A DNA stretch of 64,000 nucleotides from Pseudomonadota bacterium (GTDB lineage Bacteria > Pseudomonadota > Alphaproteobacteria > Micavibrionales > UBA2020): contig JAEXMB010000081.1 in NCBI GenBank assembly GCA_023444705.1, forward strand, positions 37-64,036. The letters are read 5' to 3'. The position numbers and the translations under genes were made by a program. Shown here in pieces: positions 33,109 through 42,900 of this stretch. The notes beneath the pieces were generated by a model. That model was not told the DNA's origin and ran no database searches. It was given only the letters and a program-made list of their open reading frames with translations. Every line of letters starts with the position of its first letter. Within the stretch, counting starts at the first letter, position 1.

Positions 33109-33704
33109 TACAGGATGTGGGTGCCGTCAAAGAATTCGGGGTTTTCGCGGAGATGCTTTTTCAGCTTGCGCAACAGCATGTCGCGCTTGAGACTCGAGAG
33201 GTGGTCGGTGAACAAAATGCCGTTCACGTGGTCGATTTCATGTTGCAGGCAGGTGGCGAGCAGTCCGTCGGCCTCGATCTCCTGCGTCTTGCCGTCAAGG
33301 TCCATGTACTTCACGCGCACCATTTTGGGGCGGGTGACGGGGGCATATTGACCGGGAATGGACAGGCAGCCTTCCTCGTAGACGTTTTCTTCTTCCGATG
33401 CCCAGACGACTTCGGGGTTGATGAAGACGCGCACGGTGCCTTTTTCAAGCGGGGTGTCGTCTTCGTCTTCGTCGCTGTCGTCGTCATGGTCGCTGCCGTC
33501 GGCGCGTTTTTGGTCGACATCCATGACGATCACACGCTGCGACACGCCCACTTGCGGTGCGGCAAGGCCGATGCCGCGCGCGGCGTACATGGTCTCGACC
33601 ATGTCGTCGACCAGCTTGCGGATTTCGTCCGTGACGCTACTGACAACTTCCGCACTCTTTTTCAGCACGGGTTGGGGAACGACATAAATGGGCAAAACAG
33701 CCAT
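33108..33704 (-). CDS. def: Peptide deformylase with an acidic insertion
   Basis: The three motifs GIGLAAPQVG, EGCLSIPG and QHEIDHVNG are present. The 26-aa insert DQKRADGSDHDDDSDEDEDDTPLEKG lies between motifs 1 and 2. Confidence 0.93.
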   Translation of the reverse strand: MAVLPIYVVPQPVLKKSAEVVSSVTDEIRKLVDDMVETMYAARGIGLAAPQVGVSQRVIVMDVDQKRADGSDHDDDSDEDEDDTPLEKGTVRVFINPEVVWASEEENVYEEGCLSIPGQYAPVTRPKMVRVKYMDLDGKTQEIEADGLLATCLQHEIDHVNGILFTDHLSSLKRDMLLRKLKKHLRENPEFFDGTHIL

Positions 33705-33767
33705 AGATCACCTATCGGGGCAGTATTGGATAACGTGCCTTAAAATAGGGTGTTGGCAGGGGAAAGG

Positions 33768-35141
33768 TCAAGAAAGCCGTGCGGTTTTGGCGCTGCTTTC
33801 GGCGTTATCGTCGCCATCGGTTGCGGCCTCGGCGCTGTCGAGCAGGTTTTTGGGCATCGACTTGCCTGTTTTCAGGCCGAGCGCCTTGAGGCTTTCCGCA
33901 CGTTTGAGCAGATTGCCCGTGCCGCTGCTGAGCTTGCCCATCGCGTCCTGATAGGATTTCTGTGTCTGTTGCAGGCGGTTGCCGATGGTTTCCATGTCGC
34001 CCACGAAGGTGACCAGCTTGTCGTAGAAATTGCCGCCCTGGCGCGCGATTTCCTCGGCGTTTTTGTTCTGGCGCTCAAGCCGCCAGACCGACGCGATGGT
34101 GCGCAAGGTCGCAAACAAGGTCGAGGGACCAACGATGACAATCCGCTGCTCCCACGCGAAGTTGTGCAGCGTGGGGTCGGATTGCAGGGCCAGCGCGTAA
34201 GCGCCCTCGATCGGCATGAACATCAGTACGAAATCGGGCGTGCCAAGACCGGCGGCGTCCTGATAGCGGCGTTCGGACAGGCCCTTGATATGCGCTTTGA
34301 CGGAGGTGTTGAATTCGCCAAGCGCTGTGGTGCGCGCGACTTCGTCTGTCGCACCCGCAAGGCGCTCATAAGCCGTCAGCGATACTTTGGCGTCGACGAT
34401 GATGTGCTTGTCCTCGGGCAGCTTGATGATGACGTCGGGCTGCAGGCGGCGGGTGCTGTCCTCGCTGTGGCGCAGGTCCATGCCCACGCCCTGTACGATA
34501 TAATCCTCGTCGCGGCGCAGGCCCGAGGCTTCGAGAATGCGCTCGAGCATCATCTCGCCCCAGCCGCCCTGCGCCTTGACGTCGCCGCGCAGCGCGGTGG
34601 TCAGCTTTTCGGTCTGCACGCGCATGTTTTCATTGAGCGCCATGATGTTGCGGATCTCGTTTTTCAGCGAGAACTGCTCCTTGGCGCTGTCTTCGACCTT
34701 TTGCTGGAAACCCGCCAGCGTATCGCGCAGCGGGGCGAGCAGGGCGGTCAGGCTTTCGCTGTTCTGCGCCTTCATCGCCGTGGTCTTTTCGTCAAAGATG
34801 CGGTTGGCGAGGTTTTCGAACTGCAGGGTGAAGCGCTGTTCAAGCGCGCTGGCCTCGGCGGCTTGCGCGCGCAGGCGGTCTTCAAGTGCGGTGTTGCGCT
34901 CGCCCAGTGCCGCATTGCGCGCGGCCAGATCGGTGTTTTCGGAAGTAATCGCCTTCTCGCGCTTGCCCGCCAGCAACAGCGCGGCGGCCACACCCGCCAG
35001 AATGCCCGCAACCAGACCAAGGGCAAGCGATAACGGGTCAAGTGAAAGGGTCACGGCGCAAATATCCTTGGCGACGGTTGGCAAAGTGCGGATCAGAGGG
35101 GGTGAGTCGATGGCCGGAGTATAGCGGAATCGCAGACCCAA
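33768..35141 (-). CDS. rmuC: DNA recombination protein RmuC
   Basis: An N-terminal membrane helix and a long coiled coil are followed by the C-terminal RmuC core (PDVIIKLPEDKHIIVDAKVSL...FVLMFMPIEGA). The true start may be slightly downstream of 35141. Confidence 0.88.
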   Translation of the reverse strand: MGLRFRYTPAIDSPPLIRTLPTVAKDICAVTLSLDPLSLALGLVAGILAGVAAALLLAGKREKAITSENTDLAARNAALGERNTALEDRLRAQAAEASALEQRFTLQFENLANRIFDEKTTAMKAQNSESLTALLAPLRDTLAGFQQKVEDSAKEQFSLKNEIRNIMALNENMRVQTEKLTTALRGDVKAQGGWGEMMLERILEASGLRRDEDYIVQGVGMDLRHSEDSTRRLQPDVIIKLPEDKHIIVDAKVSLTAYERLAGATDEVARTTALGEFNTSVKAHIKGLSERRYQDAAGLGTPDFVLMFMPIEGAYALALQSDPTLHNFAWEQRIVIVGPSTLFATLRTIASVWRLERQNKNAEEIARQGGNFYDKLVTFVGDMETIGNRLQQTQKSYQDAMGKLSSGTGNLLKRAESLKALGLKTGKSMPKNLLDSAEAATDGDDNAESSAKTARLS

Positions 35142-35341
35142 TGCGAGGGGGTGTGGATAAAATAAATATCCGATGTATGGAAACTAAAAGTGAATTTTTT
35201 GCTGGTCGTGGTCCATTTGCCCCTCTAATCTTTTATTCTGCATTTCGGGCATCGGAGTTGTGCAAAGTTTCAATGTACTGCTGTTTGTGTGCAACAAAAT
35301 TTCTGAACACCCGCACCACACACTAAAGAGGGGATAAAATC

Positions 35342-36808
35342 ATGGCGAAAAAAGGCGAAAGCACCAAGCACCTGTTAATCGATATTAAAACAGGTTTCGC
35401 TTATGGCGTGAAAATGAGCGCCGACGGCATTTGCGAAGCCGCGCAACCCCTCAACGTCGATATCCAAAGCCTGCAGGGCGCATCGGTGCGCACCTTTGGC
35501 CCGCTGGTCGGCCTTGATCCCGCAACCGTGCAGGCCACCGGCGGCAATCCGTTGCCCTATGGCCAGACCACCTATGCGGTCGAACTGGCGCAGGACGGCA
35601 GCCGTGGCAACCTGTTCACCATCAACTGGCCCAGCAAGGCCGATGCCGCCAAAGGCATCCTGCCGCTGGTCGCCGTTAAAAAACTGCCCGAAAACCTGAT
35701 CGATGCCGGTTTCGCCGCGCGCCCCGCGTCGCCCGATGCCGCCAAGAACGAGGAAGAGGCCCTGCGCATCGCCCTCAAAAACATCGACGATATGATCGGC
35801 CTGAGTGCCGCCAAGCGCGACATCAAGCAAAACATCGCCATCGCGCGCTTTAACAAGATGAAAGAGGAAATGGGCCTGACCACCAAGCCGATTTCCCGTC
35901 ACATGGTCTTTACCGGCAACCCCGGTACCGGCAAAACCACCTTTGCGCGCGAAGTCGCCAAAGTCTATCACGCGCTCGGCCTGATCGGCCGCCCCGTGGT
36001 GCATGAAGTCAAGCGCGAGGACCTCGTCGCCGGCTACATCGGGCAGACCGCGATCAAGACTTCGGCCGAGATCGACAAGGCTGTCGGCATCGAGCGCGAC
36101 AAGGACGGCAAGATCATCCCGAGCAAAGGCCCCAAAGGCGGCGTTCTGTTCATCGACGAGGCTTATGCCCTGTCGCGTGAAGCGGGCGCGGACAGCAAGG
36201 ACTTTGGCCGCGAGGCGATTGATACCCTCGTTGCCGCGATGGAAAACATGCGCGACGACCTCGTCGTCATCGTTGCCGGCTATACCGGTCCGATGAAGCA
36301 GTTCATCGACGCCAACCCCGGCCTGAAGTCGCGCTTCATGACCTATATCGACTTCGCCGACTACAAACTGGAAGAACTGGCCGAGATCATGGATTTCATG
36401 CTCAAGGACCGCGGCTACACCATGTCGCCCGAGGCACGCGACCACGCGCTGGCCCTGCTGGCGGACGAACGTGCGCGCGCACAGAAAGACTTCGGCAACG
36501 GTCGTACCGTGCGCAACCTCGTCGAGATGGCCGAAAAAGAACTGGCCCTGCGTCTGGACAGCGAACATGTGCTGGACCGCAACACCAAGCTCACGCCCGA
36601 GCAGCTCAAGGCGGCGCTGACCTCGATCACGCTGGCGGATGTCGAGCGCATCAACCTGCGCGGCCTGTCGGCATCGACCAAGGCGGGCATGGATTTTGGT
36701 ACCGCCAGCAAGGCGCGCAGCAACGACAACACCAAGGCGCCGCCGCGCGGCCTTGAGGAAGTTCCCGCTGCACGCTTTAAAAAGCCTGCCGGTCCCGGCA
36801 GCTGGTAA
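35342..36808 (+). CDS. AAA+ ATPase of the CbbX/SpoVK/EccA type with an unrecognised ~180-aa N-terminal domain
   Basis: Walker A FTGNPGTGKTT, Walker B GVLFIDEAYAL, then VVIVAGYTGPM..FIDANPGLKSRF, typical of this AAA subfamily. An RBS (AGAGGGGA) lies upstream. The tail is basic: ...ARFKKPAGPGSW. Confidence 0.88.
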   Translation: MAKKGESTKHLLIDIKTGFAYGVKMSADGICEAAQPLNVDIQSLQGASVRTFGPLVGLDPATVQATGGNPLPYGQTTYAVELAQDGSRGNLFTINWPSKADAAKGILPLVAVKKLPENLIDAGFAARPASPDAAKNEEEALRIALKNIDDMIGLSAAKRDIKQNIAIARFNKMKEEMGLTTKPISRHMVFTGNPGTGKTTFAREVAKVYHALGLIGRPVVHEVKREDLVAGYIGQTAIKTSAEIDKAVGIERDKDGKIIPSKGPKGGVLFIDEAYALSREAGADSKDFGREAIDTLVAAMENMRDDLVVIVAGYTGPMKQFIDANPGLKSRFMTYIDFADYKLEELAEIMDFMLKDRGYTMSPEARDHALALLADERARAQKDFGNGRTVRNLVEMAEKELALRLDSEHVLDRNTKLTPEQLKAALTSITLADVERINLRGLSASTKAGMDFGTASKARSNDNTKAPPRGLEEVPAARFKKPAGPGSW

Positions 36809-36825
36809 CAACGGCAAAAGACTTG

Positions 36826-36860
36826 AAAAAACCCGCCCTCGCAAGACGGCGGGTTTTTTC
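36826..36860 (+). terminator. Rho-independent terminator after the AAA+ gene
   Basis: AAAAAACCCGCC-CTCGCAAGAC-GGCGGGTTTTTTC, located 18 nt after the stop. Confidence 0.7.
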
Positions 36861-36933
36861 TTGCCCCGTTTGCTTGCCGCGGCGACCTTGCGCGCCTATG
36901 ATGGGCGCATCACAGTTGAAAAGGATATGCGCG

Positions 36934-37749
36934 ATGAACATTCAGGACCGTCTGGCCCTTGCCCGTCAATTGATCCCCCTTGCGCGCGCGGCGGGCGCGA
37001 TCGAACTGCACTATTATAAAGAAGGTGCAGAAGTGATCGACAAGGCCGACGGCTCGCCTGTGACCATCGCCGATCAGGAGGCCGAGGCCCTGATCGCCAA
37101 GGGACTGGCTGAAATCGCGCCGCACATCGCGCTGGTGGGCGAGGAAGCCACCGCCGCCAACAACATCCCCGATATTGCCAGTGGCACGTTCTTTCTGGTC
37201 GACCCGCTTGACGGCACCAAGGAGTTCATCACCGGCGGCGGCGATTTCACCGTCAATATCGCGCTGTTGCAAAACTTCCGCCCCGTTATGGGCGTGATCT
37301 ACGCTCCCGTCACCGATACGCTGTGGTATGGCGCCACGGGCGATGACGGCACGGGCGGGCAGGCCTTTGTGCAGCTGGCGGGTGCCAACGGCGACACGGC
37401 CCATGACCAGCCGATGCAGGTGCGCGCCAAACCGGCGGATGGCCTGACCGTGGTGGCCAGCCGCCGTCACGGCGATCCGTCGGCGCTGGAAGACTTCCTG
37501 CGCCCTTATCAGGTGCGCGAGATGATCAACCGCTCAAGCTCGCTCAAGTTCTGCGCCATCGCGCAGGGGCAGGCCGATCTATACCCCCGTCTTGGCCCCA
37601 CCAGCGAATGGGACACTGCGGCGGGCGAGGCGATCGTGCATGCAGCCGGCGGACGCGTGTCGCAACTGGACGGCACGCCAATGGTTTATGGCAAGAGCGA
37701 GCGTAAGTTCCTCAACCCGGGCTTTGTCGTGCATGCCTTTGCGGCCTAA
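36934..37749 (+). CDS. cysQ: 3'(2'),5'-bisphosphate nucleotidase CysQ (inositol monophosphatase family)
   Basis: KADGSPVTIADQEAE...FFLVDPLDGTKEF...EWDTAAGEAIV. The start is taken at MNIQD (the track ORF start at 36823 lies inside the terminator). Confidence 0.85.
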   Translation: MNIQDRLALARQLIPLARAAGAIELHYYKEGAEVIDKADGSPVTIADQEAEALIAKGLAEIAPHIALVGEEATAANNIPDIASGTFFLVDPLDGTKEFITGGGDFTVNIALLQNFRPVMGVIYAPVTDTLWYGATGDDGTGGQAFVQLAGANGDTAHDQPMQVRAKPADGLTVVASRRHGDPSALEDFLRPYQVREMINRSSSLKFCAIAQGQADLYPRLGPTSEWDTAAGEAIVHAAGGRVSQLDGTPMVYGKSERKFLNPGFVVHAFAA

Positions 37750-37852
37750 CTATATATAGGTGCGTGCAAGGGCAGGCGGCGTGGATGGCCGCGCTGTTAC
37801 CCCGATGCAACGCCGCAAAAAAATCCCCGCAAAAGCGATTCCCGCCATTGTC

Positions 37853-37868
37853 CCGACCGGTTGGTCGG
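37853..37868. promoter_or_regulatory. Candidate TetR operator (inverted repeat CCGACC-N4-GGTCGG)
   Basis: Perfect 6-bp arms located 15 nt upstream of the tetR-family ATG. TetR regulators commonly bind short palindromes at their own promoter. No experimental or comparative support. Confidence 0.3.
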
Positions 37869-37882
37869 TCTAGCTTTGGCTC

Positions 37883-38509
37883 ATGTTTGATTCTGCGCCC
37901 CAAAGCCTGCCCACCCGCGACCGCCTGATTCAGGCGGCGTCTGACCTTATGATGCGCCAAAGCTACAGCACCGTCAGCGTCGACGACATCTGCAAGGCCG
38001 CCGACATCAAGAAGGGCACGTTCTATCACCACTTCCCTTCCAAGGTGGAACTGGCGCTGGTGACCTTCGAACATATCTGGGATGAATGCCGCCGCGATCT
38101 GGTTGCCTGCATCAATGACACAACCAAAACGCCCGAACAGCGCCTGCGCGCCTTTGCCGACCTTGTCGTCGCGCATCACCGCGAAACCTATGCCGCCGAA
38201 GGCAAGGTCTATGGCTGTCCGCTGGCCAACGCAGGCAATGAGCTTGGCGCGCAGGATGACGCCGTGCGCTGCAAGGTCGAAGGCCTGTTCGAAGACAGCA
38301 TTGGCCTGTTCGCCGCACTGGTGGCGGAATTCCCGGCTCACCGCGACTGCACGCGCGAGCAATGCCTTGAAACCGCGCGCGCGCTGGTTTGCATGCTGAT
38401 GGGTGTGGAATACCAGGCCAAAATCTTCAACAACCCAGAAATTCTTGCCCGCGATCTGATGCCGGGTTTTTTACGCATCCTTGCCGCTTCACATACGGAG
38501 ACCACCTGA
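37883..38509 (+). CDS. TetR/AcrR family transcriptional regulator
   Basis: HTH region SYSTVSVDDICKAADIKKGTFYHHFPSK. Its stop abuts the start of the efflux adaptor gene. Confidence 0.9.
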   Translation: MFDSAPQSLPTRDRLIQAASDLMMRQSYSTVSVDDICKAADIKKGTFYHHFPSKVELALVTFEHIWDECRRDLVACINDTTKTPEQRLRAFADLVVAHHRETYAAEGKVYGCPLANAGNELGAQDDAVRCKVEGLFEDSIGLFAALVAEFPAHRDCTREQCLETARALVCMLMGVEYQAKIFNNPEILARDLMPGFLRILAASHTETT

Positions 38510-39907
38510 ATGTCCGCCTCCCAGCTTCCCCCGCATAGCGACGAAACCCCGACTGTCTATCCCGGCCTGCGCCATGTCGACAGTGCGCATGCCCACAGTG
38601 ATGACGACGCGATGGCAACACCGCGCGGCGTGCTGAAAGCGGCGCTGGTGATCGTGGCTTGTGCGGCCGCGGGCTATCTTGCCTTTGCCACCCCGACCGA
38701 GGCCGAAAGCCCCGCCGCCGACGGCAAGGCCGACAAGGTCGCCGAAAAACCCGCCGAGGGTGCAGAGGGTGCGCCCGCCGGCGCGCCGCAAGCCATGCCG
38801 ATCAGCGTTGCGGTGGTGCCGGGTGTCGATATTACCCGCTACAGCGAGTTTTCGGGCCGCCTGCGCGCGGTCGAGGATGTCGAGATCCGCCCGCGCGTGT
38901 CGGGTATCATCGATGCCGTGAATTTCACCGAAGGCGACATGGTCGAAAAAGGGCAGGTGCTGTTCGTCATCGACCGCCGTCCGTTTCAGGCCAAGCTGAA
39001 CACCGCCGAGGCGGCTGTCGTTGCGGCGCAAGCCAGCGTCAAGCTGGCCGAGCGCGACATCAAGCGCGCGCGCGCCCTGCTGGCAGAACGCGCCCTGTCG
39101 CAACGCGAGTTTGACGAACGCCAGAGCGCGGTTGACAACGCCCGCGCCACGCTGGCGGGCGCGCAGGCGCAAAAAGAGCTTTATGCGCTTGATCTTGAAT
39201 TCTCCGAAGTGCGCGCGCCTGTCGCGGGCCGTATCGGTCGCCCCGAAATCACCGTGGGCAACACCGTACGCGCCAACGAAGACGTCGTGACCACGCTGCA
39301 GTCCATCAATCCAGTCTATCTTGATTTCGACATCGATGAGGGCACCTATCTGGGCCTGATGAAATCGGTGCGCGTGGACAACACCACCGGCAACATGCCT
39401 GTGGCGATGGCGCTGGCCGACGAGGAAGATTTCAACCGTCAGGGCCGTATCCGCTCGTTTGACAACCAGTTGCTGGCCACCAGCGGCACCATGCGCGTGC
39501 GCGCGGAATTCGACAATCCCGACGGCTTCCTTACGCCCGGCCTGTTCGCGCGCGTGCGCCTTGGCACGCCCGAGAAAATTCAGGCGGTCATCATCAACGA
39601 CAGTGCGATCAATACCGACCAGAGCAAACGCTTTGTCTACGTCGTCGCCGATGACGGCACGGTGCAGTACCGCGAGATCAAACAGGGCCCCATGCATCCG
39701 CTGGGCCGTATCATCGAAAGCGGCCTGCAGCCGGGCGAGAAAATCATCGTCAACGGCCTGTTGCGCGCACGCCCTGGCATGAAAGTAACGCCGATGGTGG
39801 TCGACATGACGACGCTGAAACCCGCCGATGCCGCCCCCGCAGCGCCTGCGGCGCCGATGGACGCACCGGATGCGCAGCCCGCCGCCGAAACGCCTGCACA
39901 AGACTGA
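38510..39907 (+). CDS. RND efflux periplasmic adaptor (membrane fusion protein)
   Basis: Membrane anchor, then SGRLRAVEDVEIRPRVSGII..V.F.EG..V.KGQVLF.ID.RPFQA, a coiled-coil hairpin, and a beta-barrel. This is an AcrA-family layout. Confidence 0.92.
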   Translation: MSASQLPPHSDETPTVYPGLRHVDSAHAHSDDDAMATPRGVLKAALVIVACAAAGYLAFATPTEAESPAADGKADKVAEKPAEGAEGAPAGAPQAMPISVAVVPGVDITRYSEFSGRLRAVEDVEIRPRVSGIIDAVNFTEGDMVEKGQVLFVIDRRPFQAKLNTAEAAVVAAQASVKLAERDIKRARALLAERALSQREFDERQSAVDNARATLAGAQAQKELYALDLEFSEVRAPVAGRIGRPEITVGNTVRANEDVVTTLQSINPVYLDFDIDEGTYLGLMKSVRVDNTTGNMPVAMALADEEDFNRQGRIRSFDNQLLATSGTMRVRAEFDNPDGFLTPGLFARVRLGTPEKIQAVIINDSAINTDQSKRFVYVVADDGTVQYREIKQGPMHPLGRIIESGLQPGEKIIVNGLLRARPGMKVTPMVVDMTTLKPADAAPAAPAAPMDAPDAQPAAETPAQD

Positions 39908-39969
39908 TCCTTCTTCTTCCCGCGCGGTCATAACTTTCGCCGTGTTCGCGCCAGCCCAAAGAGACCGAC

Positions 39970-42900
39970 ATGGATATTTCACGTTTCTTCGTCGACCGCC
40001 CGATTTTTGCCGCGGTGCTGTCGATCATTATCTTCGTGACGGGGGTTATCGCCCTGCCGTTACTGCCGATCTCGGAATATCCCGAAGTGACGCCGCCGTC
40101 GGTCGTCGTGCGCGCAAGCTATCCGGGTGCCAACCCCAAGGTCATCGCCTCGACCGTGGCAACGCCGCTTGAAGAACAGATCAACGGGGTGGAGGACATG
40201 ATCTATATGTCCTCGCAATCAGGGGCCGACGGCCAGATGGCGCTGACGGTCACCTTCAAGCTTGGCACCGACCCCGACAAAGCCCAGCAGCTGGTGCAAA
40301 ACCGCGTCAACCAGGCTTTGCCGCGCCTGCCCGACATTGTGCGCCAGGTGGGTGTTTCGACGGCGAAAAGCTCGCCCAACTTCATCATGGTCGTTCACCT
40401 TGTCTCGCCCAACGGGCGTTATGATGCGGATTACCTGCGCAACTATGGCGTTTTGAACGTCAAGGACCAGCTGTCGCGCATCGAAGGCATGGGCGAGGTC
40501 ATGATGTTCGGTGGCGGCGATTACGCCATGCGTATCTGGGTTGACCCCAACAAGATCGCCGAACTTGGCCTGACCGCAAGCGATGTCGCCAACGCAGTGC
40601 GCGAACAGAACGTGCAGGTGGCGGCGGGTATCATCGGCGGCCAGCCCCGCCCGATGGACGGCAATGCGGGTTTCGAGCTGCTGGTCAACACCAAGGGCCG
40701 CCTTGAAAGCGTCGAGGAATTCGAAAACATCATCATCAAGACCACGCCCACGGGCGGCATCACCCGCCTGAAAGAAGTCGCGCGCGTGGAGCTTGGCGCC
40801 AACCAGTACGCCATGCGCTCGCTGCTCAATAACAAGCAGGCGGCGGCCATCGGTGTGTTCCAGTCGTCGGATTCAAACGCGCTCGACATCGCCGCCGCCG
40901 TGCGTGCGAAAATGGCGGAGCTGAAAAAGAACTTCCCCGAAGATGTCGACTACACCATCGTCTATGACCCCACGCGTTTTGTCCGCGCCAGTATCGACGC
41001 GGTGATCCATACGCTGATCGAGGCGGTGATCCTGGTCGTTCTGGTGGTCATCGTGTTCCTGCAGACATGGCGCGCGTCGATCATTCCCTTGCTGGCCGTG
41101 CCGGTATCGATCGTGGGAACCTTTGGCATCATGCTGGGGGCGGGGTTTTCCATTAATAACCTCACGCTGTTCGGCCTTGTTCTTGCCATCGGGATCGTCG
41201 TCGACGACGCCATCGTCGTTGTGGAAAACGTCGAACGCAACATCGAAGACGGCTTGAGCCCGCGCGACGCCACCTACAAGGCGATGCAGGAAGTTTCCGG
41301 GCCGATTATCGCGATCGCGCTGACGCTGTGCGCGGTCTTCGTGCCGCTGGCCTTCATCACCGGCCTGACGGGGCAGTTCTTCCGCCAGTTCGCGCTGACG
41401 ATTTCGATTTCGACCGTCATTTCGGCCTTCAACTCCCTTACGCTCAGCCCCGCCATGTCGGCGTTGCTGTTGCGCGGGCATGATGCACCCAAGGACAGGC
41501 TGTCGCGCTTCATGGATAGCGGCTTTGGCTGGTTCTTCACGCGCTTTAACAGCTTCTTCCACGGCATGTCGCACCGCTACGGGCAGGGCCTGCGCCGTGT
41601 CATCCGCGTGCGCGTGCTGGCCGTGCTGGTCTATATCGGTCTTGCCATTGGTGCCGCATGGTTGTTTATGACCCTGCCCCAAGGTTATGTGCCGCAGCAG
41701 GACAAGCAGTATTTGGTGGGCTTTGCGCAGTTGCCGCCGGGCTCCTCGCTTGACCGCACCGACGCGGTGTTGCGCCGGATGTCTGAAATCGCCATGAAGA
41801 CCGAAGGCGTGCAGGATGCCGTGGCCTTCCCCGGCCTGTCGATCAGCTTTGGCGCGACGTCAAGCGCGGGCGTGGTGTTCTTCCCGCTGACGCCGTTTGA
41901 AGAGCGCCAGACCGACGAGCTGTACGGCCCCGCCATTGCGGGCAAGCTGATGGGGCAGATGGCGCAGATCGAAGATGCCTATGTGGGTATCTTCCCCCCG
42001 CCGCCTGTCGAGGGCATGGGTACCATCGGCGGTTTCAAACTGCAATTGCAGGACCGCGGCGACAAGGGCTATGAAGAACTTTATCAGGTGCTGCAAGCCG
42101 TGCAGATGAAAGCATGGCAGAACCCTGTACTGGCCAACGTGTTTTCAAGCTATCAGATCAACGTGCCCCAGCTTGACGTCGATATCGACCGCACCAAAGC
42201 CAAGCAGCTTGGCATTCCGCTGGCCAATATCTTTGATACGATGCAGGTCTATCTCGGCTCGCTCTACATCAACGACTTCAACCGTTTTGGCCGTACCTAT
42301 CAGGTGGTCGTGCAGGCTGACGCGCCCTTCCGCGACGATGCCAGCGACATCGGCCAGCTCAAGACCCGTAATATGGCGGGGGAGATGGTGCCGCTTGGCA
42401 CGGTGGTCAACGTGGCACCCAGTTACGGCCCCGACACGGCGTCGCGCTATAACCTCTACCGCACGGCAGAGCTGAACGGCGGCCCTGCGCCCGGACATTC
42501 CTCGGGCGAGGCGGAAAACGCCATGATCAAGATCCTCAACGAAACGCTGCCGCCCGGCATGTCGTTTGAGTGGACGGATCTGAAATACCAGCAGATTCTG
42601 GCTGGCAACACGACGATGTTCGTCTTCCCGCTCTGCGTCTTTCTGGTGTTTTTGGTACTGGCGGCGCAGTACGAAAGCCTGATGCTGCCGTTCATCATCA
42701 TCCTTATCGTTCCGGTTGTCGTGTTGTGCGGCATCTTTGGTGTCTGGATATGGGGTGGCGACAACAACATCTTCACCCAGATCGGCCTGACGGTCCTTGT
42801 GGGGCTTGCCTGCAAGAACGCGATCCTGATCGTGGAATTCGCGCGCGAACTTGAAATGCAGGGCGTCAAGCCGCTCGAGGCTGCGCTGACGGCCAGCCGC

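Noticed and set aside
35375-36844. 489-aa ORF on the minus strand
   Set aside because: It is antisense to the AAA+ ATPase gene, which has Walker A/B motifs, an RBS and a downstream terminator on the + strand.
36823-36933. N-terminal extensions of track ORFs (cysQ from 36823; also bdhA from 29916, lyase from 46936, ETF-QO from 61942, ABC-1 from 54547, cargo from 58373, GST from 25268)
   Set aside because: The extensions run through terminators or intergenic DNA or add Arg-rich junk. Internal Met codons give N-termini matching the family consensus and/or sit behind an RBS or an overlapping upstream stop.
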